Made by a program: the position numbers and the translations under genes
Shown here: piece after piece, positions 57,660 through 64,000 of the stretch
Layout of the letters: every line of letters starts with the position of its first letter
Position numbering within the stretch: the first letter of the stretch is position 1
Notes under the pieces: generated by a model
Databases searched by the model: none
The model's input: the letters and a program-made list of their open reading frames with translations, nothing else
Told to the model about the DNA's origin: nothing
Origin: Neocallimastix sp. 'constans'
Taxonomy: Eukaryota
DNA length: 64,000 nt
Direction of reading: 5' to 3'
NCBI GenBank assembly: GCA_050613775.1
Contig: JBODTK010000012.1
Span: 1,240,001 to 1,304,000, forward strand

Positions 57660-57755
57660 ATGACTCTAAGTGTACTAGAAGAGTTATAGTAAAGTTTAAA
57701 GAGGTTTTAATTTTGATTAATTTTAAATAAAAAAAAAAAAAATAAAAAAAAAAAA

Positions 57756-58745
57756 ATGTCCGAAGTCTTAAAAACAAAAGATCAGCTAAATAGCTCTAAT
57801 TTTAAGTTGTGGAAACAACAATTGTATTTATTATTAAGGAGATTTAATTTAACGGATTATCTTAATAGTGTCAAAATTGAAAAAGTGGATGGTTCCACTT
57901 TAAAGGAAGAAGAAAAACAAAATTTAATTCTAGTGGATGACACTATAAACACTTATTATAAAAAAGGAACAAAAAGTGAGGTCCTCAAAAATGATGCTAA
58001 GGTCAAGGAAATTATTTTAAATAGTATTAATGAAGAACTAGCATCCAGTATAGATTTCATATCTGGTACAGCATATGAAATCTATAGGATGATAGTAAAC
58101 CTAAATTTAAGTGATGAAAAGGATAGAATTGAGGAAATTAAAGATTCCCTTAATCACTCAAAATACGACCCAGAAAGTGATCCATCGTTGTCCATATTTA
58201 TCTCTAATATGAATTTAAAGTTTAAGGAACTTGAAAATCTCGGAGAAAAACTAGAATTTAAGGAAAAATTTATTTATCTGTTTAATGCTATGCCAGAAGA
58301 ATTAACTATAAAAACAAATTTAATAGACCTACAAACGGACTGGGAAGATACTACCAAAAAGTTAATTGAAAGGGTACAGCTACTAAAAAGAGTAAAAGAA
58401 AAGAAAGAAAAATCGGAAAATATTGTTTCAAATCTTAATACGCCAAATGTTCAAAGTAATTATACCAATAAAAACTATAGTAATAATAATAATAAATATA
58501 ATAATAAAAATTATAAAAATAATATTGAATGTTGGAGTTGTGGTAAAAAAGGTCACTATCAAAGTGAATGTAATAATAGAAAGAATTTTAATAAAAATAA
58601 TAATAACAATTATTACAAATATAATAAAAATAAATTTAATAATAATAGAAATAATAATAAAAATTATAATAATAATAAATATTACAAAAATGATAAAAAC
58701 TATGATGGGAGGCGAAACGCGTTGCCTAAACAGCACAGTAAATGA
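57756..58745 (+). CDS. gag: Copia Gag
   Basis: N-terminal LNSSNFKLWK motif; zinc knuckle CWSCGKKGHYQSEC. Confidence 0.93.
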   Translation: MSEVLKTKDQLNSSNFKLWKQQLYLLLRRFNLTDYLNSVKIEKVDGSTLKEEEKQNLILVDDTINTYYKKGTKSEVLKNDAKVKEIILNSINEELASSIDFISGTAYEIYRMIVNLNLSDEKDRIEEIKDSLNHSKYDPESDPSLSIFISNMNLKFKELENLGEKLEFKEKFIYLFNAMPEELTIKTNLIDLQTDWEDTTKKLIERVQLLKRVKEKKEKSENIVSNLNTPNVQSNYTNKNYSNNNNKYNNKNYKNNIECWSCGKKGHYQSECNNRKNFNKNNNNNYYKYNKNKFNNNRNNNKNYNNNKYYKNDKNYDGRRNALPKQHSK

Positions 58746-61700
58746 AGTAAATAAACAAGATAAACACAGAGAATACTTTTTCAAAGACTATAATGATGCG
58801 TATAATATTGAAACAGGTAATGCATCAAGAAGTATTCTCCCATTCAACAAACCATCTTATTTTAAAGAAAATAAAAATAAACAAAATAAAAAATTAAATG
58901 ATAATAATAAAAATAAATTAACCAAAAATATTAGTACATGGACACTAGATTCTGGCACCACATACCATATGATATGTGATCCAAATCTATTATCAAATTA
59001 TAAAAAACACAATCGGAGAATTTATTTCGCCAATGGTGAATACGTTAAGTGCAGAGGAATAGGTACTTACATAGGTTATATAAATGACAACAAAATTACT
59101 CTTAAAAATGTATTGTATGTTCCCTCATTCAAGAAAAATTTACTCTCAGTAGACTGTTTATCCGAACAAGGATACAAAACTGTTTTTTGTAAAGGAAATA
59201 ATAAAAATTGTGTAATATTATTTAATAGTAAAAATAATAGAATCTGTACAACATATTCAAATTATTCCAGAACTTATATTATTTGGACTTCCAAGAATAA
59301 AATAAATTTTTATAATAATGATATCAATTGTAATAATGCCAATAGTGAAGAAGAGGAAAGTCTCTACGTATGGCATAGACGTTTGGGACATTATAATCTA
59401 GGAACACTTAGGAAAACATTAAAAAGAATATATATAAAATGTAAATGCAAGACGTGTGCGAAAACAAAATTAAAAAGTTTCCCACATTACCCCTCAGATA
59501 GTCGCGCTACTGAACCATTTGAATTGGTTCATATGGACACTGTTACTATTAATAGTAGGTCCATGTATGGAAATAAATACTTTGTTTCTATTTTAGATGA
59601 TTACACTCGTTTTGGTTGGGTCTTATTTATCAAATCCAAACGTGATGTTTTTAACGCCTTTTTAAATTGGTATAATAACATTAAAAACATATTTAATAAA
59701 AATATTAAAAGATTACGGACTGACAATGGAACAGAGTTTACTAACAATAAAATTATAGAGTTTTGTAATATTAATGGAATTACACATGAGTTTTCTGTCC
59801 CTTACGAACCTCAACAAAATGGACGTATCGAAAGGTTACACGGTTCTCTCCTTCCAAATGCTAGAGCGATGTTAGAGGATGCCCGCCTTAATCATGTTTT
59901 CTGGGAGGATGCCATTAGGACAGCTAACTATATCCACAATAGGATGCCACATAGAGGTATTGATAATAATGTTCCGTATGAACTTCTTTATAATGAAAAA
60001 GTCGATTATTCAAGGTTTAGAGTCTTTGGTTGTCAAGTCTTTTTCCTTGTCCCTAAACAGTTTAGAAATAAATTAACTAACTCTTCCCTCCCAGGTATCT
60101 TTCTTGGATACGATACCAACCCAACTGCTTATAGGATTTTTGATATCACTAATAATAAAGTTGTTATTTCTCGTTCTGTTGTATTTTTTGAAGATATTCC
60201 TGGTAATGGTTCTGCTCCTCCTTCTCCTCCGGATTTAATAAATTTCACTCCTTATTATGAAATCGGGGGAAGTAATGATGGTGAAGACGTTGTAGACTTT
60301 GAGGACAATAACGTAAATGATAAAAGTATAAATGAAAATAATAACAATATGGAAAATAGTACAAACAATAATGTAGATAATAATAATAATATGAACAACA
60401 ACATAAATGATAATATAAATGGGTACACAAACTATTACTACAATAATTTAGATTATCCACCTCCTAATAATTTATATTATTATAATCCATATGCATTTGT
60501 AAATTATCCAAATAATTTCCAAAATCATTATGCTCCAAATCAATATAATTTAAATCCATATAATAATTTAAATTATTGTATTCCTCCAAATTATTATAAT
60601 TATACAGCACAAAACTTTCCCTCTCCTGTTTTAAATTCTCAGAATGGACATCCCATAAATTACCAAAATCTAAACGTTTCTAATAATTCAAATATTAATC
60701 AAAATAATTTAAATCAATTAAATTCAAATGATGTAGACCATTTAAATCAAAATAATTTAAACAATAATTCAAATCAAAATAATTCAGACAATAATGATCA
60801 ATTTAACTCGAACAATTTAAATCAAGGTAATTTAAATAATTTAAATCAAGTTATTTCGAACAACAATTTAAAACAAGGCAGTCCAAATGACAACTTAAAT
60901 CAAGCAATTCAAAATGATAATGTTAACAAGAATAATAGAAACAACTTAAATGACCAAACTAATTCAATTAATAATGTAAATAATATCAATAATGTAAACC
61001 AGTTAACTCAAAATAATTCGAAATATAATAATACTAGGGTAGAAGAAATAATCAGTAAAATACCAAGAGTTACAGATAATGGAGATTATAATAAGCGTGA
61101 TGGAAAATCAATTGATTTAAATAATTTAACGAATAGAAATAATAATTCAAGCTCAACATCTGGAAATTCTAATGCGGAAATTAACCAAAATATAAACAAA
61201 CAAAACATAAATAAACCATATGCAAGTAAATCAAATGTAAGTACTTCGGATAATATGAATAAAGATAAAGAAAGTATTTTATCTAAAAGAAAACATGTTG
61301 AAGAAATGAATGAAGAAGAATTAAATGATAGGAATGAAAGTAATAATTATAAGAAAAGGAGAGCAAGTAATTATTATAATTTAGTTGCATTAAATTGTAG
61401 TGAAATGGAATTACCGTTACCAAACTCGTATAAAGATATATTTGATAGACCTGATAAAGAGGAATGGTTAAAGGCAATTGAAACTGAATTAAATAACATG
61501 AAGGATATGGAAGTGTACACACTTGTTAAAGAAATTCCAAAAGGAAAGAATATAATTTCAGCTAAGTGGGTATTTAGCTATAAGAGAAATGACGTAGGTA
61601 TAATTATAAGATTTAAGGCGAGGTTAGTTGCTCGCGGTTTTACTCAAATTTATGGAATAGACTATATAGAAACATTCTCACCTACTTTAAAGCAAGATTC

Positions 61701-62943
61701 GTTAAGAGTCATTATAGCAATTTCAATTTATTATGGTTTTGAAATTTATCAAATTGATATTAAAGCGGCATATTTAAATGCTGACTTAGAGGAAGAATTA
61801 TATATGGAAATACCTGAAGGTAGTGAAGATTATGGTAAAGGCTATTGGAAGTTGAACAAAGCGATTTATGGCTTAAAACAAGCTGGTCGTATGTGGAATA
61901 ATAAATTAGATAGTGTTCTTACTGAAATAGGTTTTGAAAGATTAAAGAGCGAACCATGTGTTTATATATTGAAAGATAAGAATAAGAATATTATTTGTAT
62001 AATTGCTATTTATGTTGATGATATCCTAATTTCTGGAAAGAAAAGTGTTATAGATAGAATTAAATTAGAAATTAAAGACAAATTCAATTTAAGTGACTTA
62101 GGAATGGTTGATTTCATAATAGGAATCAAATTTATTAAATGCAAGGATGGTTATATTATGCATCAAATACAATATTTAAATGATATCTTAGATAGATTTG
62201 ACATTGATAAATACAATGCGATATCAAATATGATGTATACTGAAAATGAGAAATTAAGAGAAACAAAGTTTGATAAAACTACATATATGCAGGCTGTAGG
62301 ATGCTTACTATATTTAGCTATGGGAACAAGACCAGATATTATGTATGCGACAAGTAAAGCTACTAGAAAGAATCAAGATCCTACTCTCGAAGATTGGATG
62401 AATGTTATCAAGATTTTTAGATACTTAAAAGGTACAAAACATTATGGTTTAAAGATTACTAAAGACATTAATATAAGAGTATATGTAGACGCAGATCTAG
62501 GTGGTGATAGAGAGACAAAAAGATCAACTACTGGTTTCGTAATATTTATGGGTTCAGCTCCTGTGACATGGTATTCAAAGTTGCAACACTGCGTAGCTAT
62601 ATCTACCGCTGAAAGTGAATATTATAGTCTGAATGAATGTGCTTTGAAATGTATGTGGTTAAGAAATTTACTGAATGAATTAGGCATAAAAATTGATTGT
62701 ATAACAATTAACATTGATAATAGAGCTGCAATTTATAATAGTAAGAATGAAACAATTAATCCAAAATCAAGACACATAGATTTGAGATATCATAAAATAA
62801 GAGAATTGATAAAAGAAGATAAAATAGACCTCAAGTATATCAAATCACAATACAATATTGCAGACGGTTTTACCAAATACCTTAATGGTACTTTAACGAA
62901 AAAATTCAAGAACTCTTTACTATACAAAATTTATGAATATTAA
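58708..62943 (+). CDS. pol: Copia Pol (protease, integrase, RT, RNase H) in the +1 frame relative to gag; true entry point inferred near 58708
   Basis: PR WTLDSGTTYHM; WHRRLGH...CKTC; IN HMDT / RTDNGTEF / QQNGRIER; RT KARLVARGF, YGLKQAGRMW, YVDD; RH YVDAD, AESEY, IDN, ADGFTK. Pol-frame translation upstream of ~58700 is off-frame Ile/Lys noise. Confidence 0.95.
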   Translation, partial: GGETRCLNSTVNEVNKQDKHREYFFKDYNDAYNIETGNASRSILPFNKPSYFKENKNKQNKKLNDNNKNKLTKNISTWTLDSGTTYHMICDPNLLSNYKKHNRRIYFANGEYVKCRGIGTYIGYINDNKITLKNVLYVPSFKKNLLSVDCLSEQGYKTVFCKGNNKNCVILFNSKNNRICTTYSNYSRTYIIWTSKNKINFYNNDINCNNANSEEEESLYVWHRRLGHYNLGTLRKTLKRIYIKCKCKTCAKTKLKSFPHYPSDSRATEPFELVHMDTVTINSRSMYGNKYFVSILDDYTRFGWVLFIKSKRDVFNAFLNWYNNIKNIFNKNIKRLRTDNGTEFTNNKIIEFCNINGITHEFSVPYEPQQNGRIERLHGSLLPNARAMLEDARLNHVFWEDAIRTANYIHNRMPHRGIDNNVPYELLYNEKVDYSRFRVFGCQVFFLVPKQFRNKLTNSSLPGIFLGYDTNPTAYRIFDITNNKVVISRSVVFFEDIPGNGSAPPSPPDLINFTPYYEIGGSNDGEDVVDFEDNNVNDKSINENNNNMENSTNNNVDNNNNMNNNINDNINGYTNYYYNNLDYPPPNNLYYYNPYAFVNYPNNFQNHYAPNQYNLNPYNNLNYCIPPNYYNYTAQNFPSPVLNSQNGHPINYQNLNVSNNSNINQNNLNQLNSNDVDHLNQNNLNNNSNQNNSDNNDQFNSNNLNQGNLNNLNQVISNNNLKQGSPNDNLNQAIQNDNVNKNNRNNLNDQTNSINNVNNINNVNQLTQNNSKYNNTRVEEIISKIPRVTDNGDYNKRDGKSIDLNNLTNRNNNSSSTSGNSNAEINQNINKQNINKPYASKSNVSTSDNMNKDKESILSKRKHVEEMNEEELNDRNESNNYKKRRASNYYNLVALNCSEMELPLPNSYKDIFDRPDKEEWLKAIETELNNMKDMEVYTLVKEIPKGKNIISAKWVFSYKRNDVGIIIRFKARLVARGFTQIYGIDYIETFSPTLKQDSLRVIIAISIYYGFEIYQIDIKAAYLNADLEEELYMEIPEGSEDYGKGYWKLNKAIYGLKQAGRMWNNKLDSVLTEIGFERLKSEPCVYILKDKNKNIICIIAIYVDDILISGKKSVIDRIKLEIKDKFNLSDLGMVDFIIGIKFIKCKDGYIMHQIQYLNDILDRFDIDKYNAISNMMYTENEKLRETKFDKTTYMQAVGCLLYLAMGTRPDIMYATSKATRKNQDPTLEDWMNVIKIFRYLKGTKHYGLKITKDINIRVYVDADLGGDRETKRSTTGFVIFMGSAPVTWYSKLQHCVAISTAESEYYSLNECALKCMWLRNLLNELGIKIDCITINIDNRAAIYNSKNETINPKSRHIDLRYHKIRELIKEDKIDLKYIKSQYNIADGFTKYLNGTLTKKFKNSLLYKIYEY

Positions 62944-62947
62944 ACTT

Positions 62948-62956
62948 ACGGGGGAA
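62948..62956 (+). promoter_or_regulatory. Polypurine tract
   Basis: ACGGGGGAA immediately before the 3' LTR. Confidence 0.85.
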
Positions 62957-63195
62957 TGTTAGAAATTAAGTTTAATATTACACAAGTATAAATAATATAA
63001 ATAATATAATGTATATAGTATAACATAGATATATGAGCTAGCGTACGTAATAGTGGCGTAAAATAAGCCATATGATATATGTAATAAATGTATGTGAATC
63101 ATGTGTAAATGTAATAGTATAAAATACATGTAAAATTAAAATTTAATATATGTACACCTTTGATATTTATTAATAAAGTTATATATTTCACAACA
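62957..63195 (+). repeat. 3' LTR
   Basis: Identical to the 5' LTR; followed by the TSD AATAT. Confidence 0.97.
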
Positions 63196-64000
63196 AATAT
63201 TAATAAATAAAGTATTGTTTTTTTTTTTTTTTTTAATTAATAAAAAAATTAAGTAAACTATTAAAATTATTTTAATTTAAATATAATAATAAAAATATTA
63301 AAACTCAAAATGGTTATATTAATATGTTCATTAGCTGTTTCTTATTATTTTTATTATTATATTTAATATGTAATTTTAAATTAATTTCTTATATTTTATA
63401 ATTATTTAATTTTTAAACATTCTTATTTTCAAAATAAATTAAAAATATTATATTTTAGTTTTTAATTAGAACAAACTTAATAATAATAATATATATTTGA
63501 ATGATATAGTTAATTTTAATTAATATAAAAAATTATTATTTTCTAAAAAATAATACTAACGCTTGAATCAAGTGTAAATTTTAATAAATATAAAAATAAT
63601 TAAAATAAAATCAATAAAATAAAATTAAAATTGTTAATTCCCCTTTAAAGTTTTATAATAGTAAAGATTAATAAAAAAAAAAAAAAAAAAAAAAACTAAT
63701 CAATACACACCTTTATATGTTTAGGAAATATATATAAATAATATAAAAGCAAAATTTTGATTTTATATTATTATTTTTTTAAATTGCTAATTTAATTCAT
63801 TCTATTAAAAAGAAAATTAAAACTATCAGTAACGACAAAAGAAAAAAAGCCAAAAAAGAAAATATTAAATCTATAATTGAAAATTTGGTAAATAATTTTT
63901 AATATATTACATTGTATCATTATTTTTTATTATTTATTCATCAAAATTGCTTTTTTAAGTAGGATTCTTCCAAACTTTATCATCATGTAAATATTAGTGT

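Larger units (their letters stand above)
57407..63195 (+). mobile_element. Full-length Ty1/copia LTR retrotransposon
   Basis: 239-bp LTRs (TGTT...AACA), 5-bp target-site duplication AATAT (57402-57406 and 63196-63200), gag and pol in PR-IN-RT-RH order, PBS and PPT present. Confidence 0.98.

Noticed and set aside
58423..58700. N-terminal ~93 aa of the 1506-aa pol ORF in the track
   Set aside because: Off-frame reading of Asn-rich gag (Ile/Lys noise) with a non-ATG start; not real Pol sequence.

Overview
Extremely AT-rich, intron-containing eukaryotic DNA, most likely from an anaerobic gut fungus (Neocallimastigomycota). This is inferred from a CotH-kinase gene with three fungal dockerin/CBM10 modules, cilium-associated genes, Asn-rich proteins and long poly-A/T and microsatellite tracts. 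Gene models were assembled by hand from splice signals and reading-frame phase. In order they are: UNC119; an Asn-rich unknown; a TSNAXIP1_N/C6orf118-like coiled-coil gene; a PH-like + C-terminal BIR gene; a small Ser/Asn-rich gene; a secreted 3xVWA + Cys-rich protein; an intronless ankyrin-repeat protein; a ~23-exon gene that appears to fuse a complete XRN 5'-3' exoribonuclease core to three DNAJC7-like TPR modules and a C-terminal J-domain; CotH-dockerin; and an intact, very young Ty1/copia LTR retrotransposon. The two most notable observations are (1) the XRN-TPR-DnaJ fusion and (2) the copia element. The element's primer-binding site is complementary to the anticodon arm of tRNA-Lys(CUU), implying half-tRNA priming, and its gag/pol junction carries a Ty1-like +1 frameshift heptamer (GGG AGG C). 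No database searches were run; all family calls rest on motif recognition.
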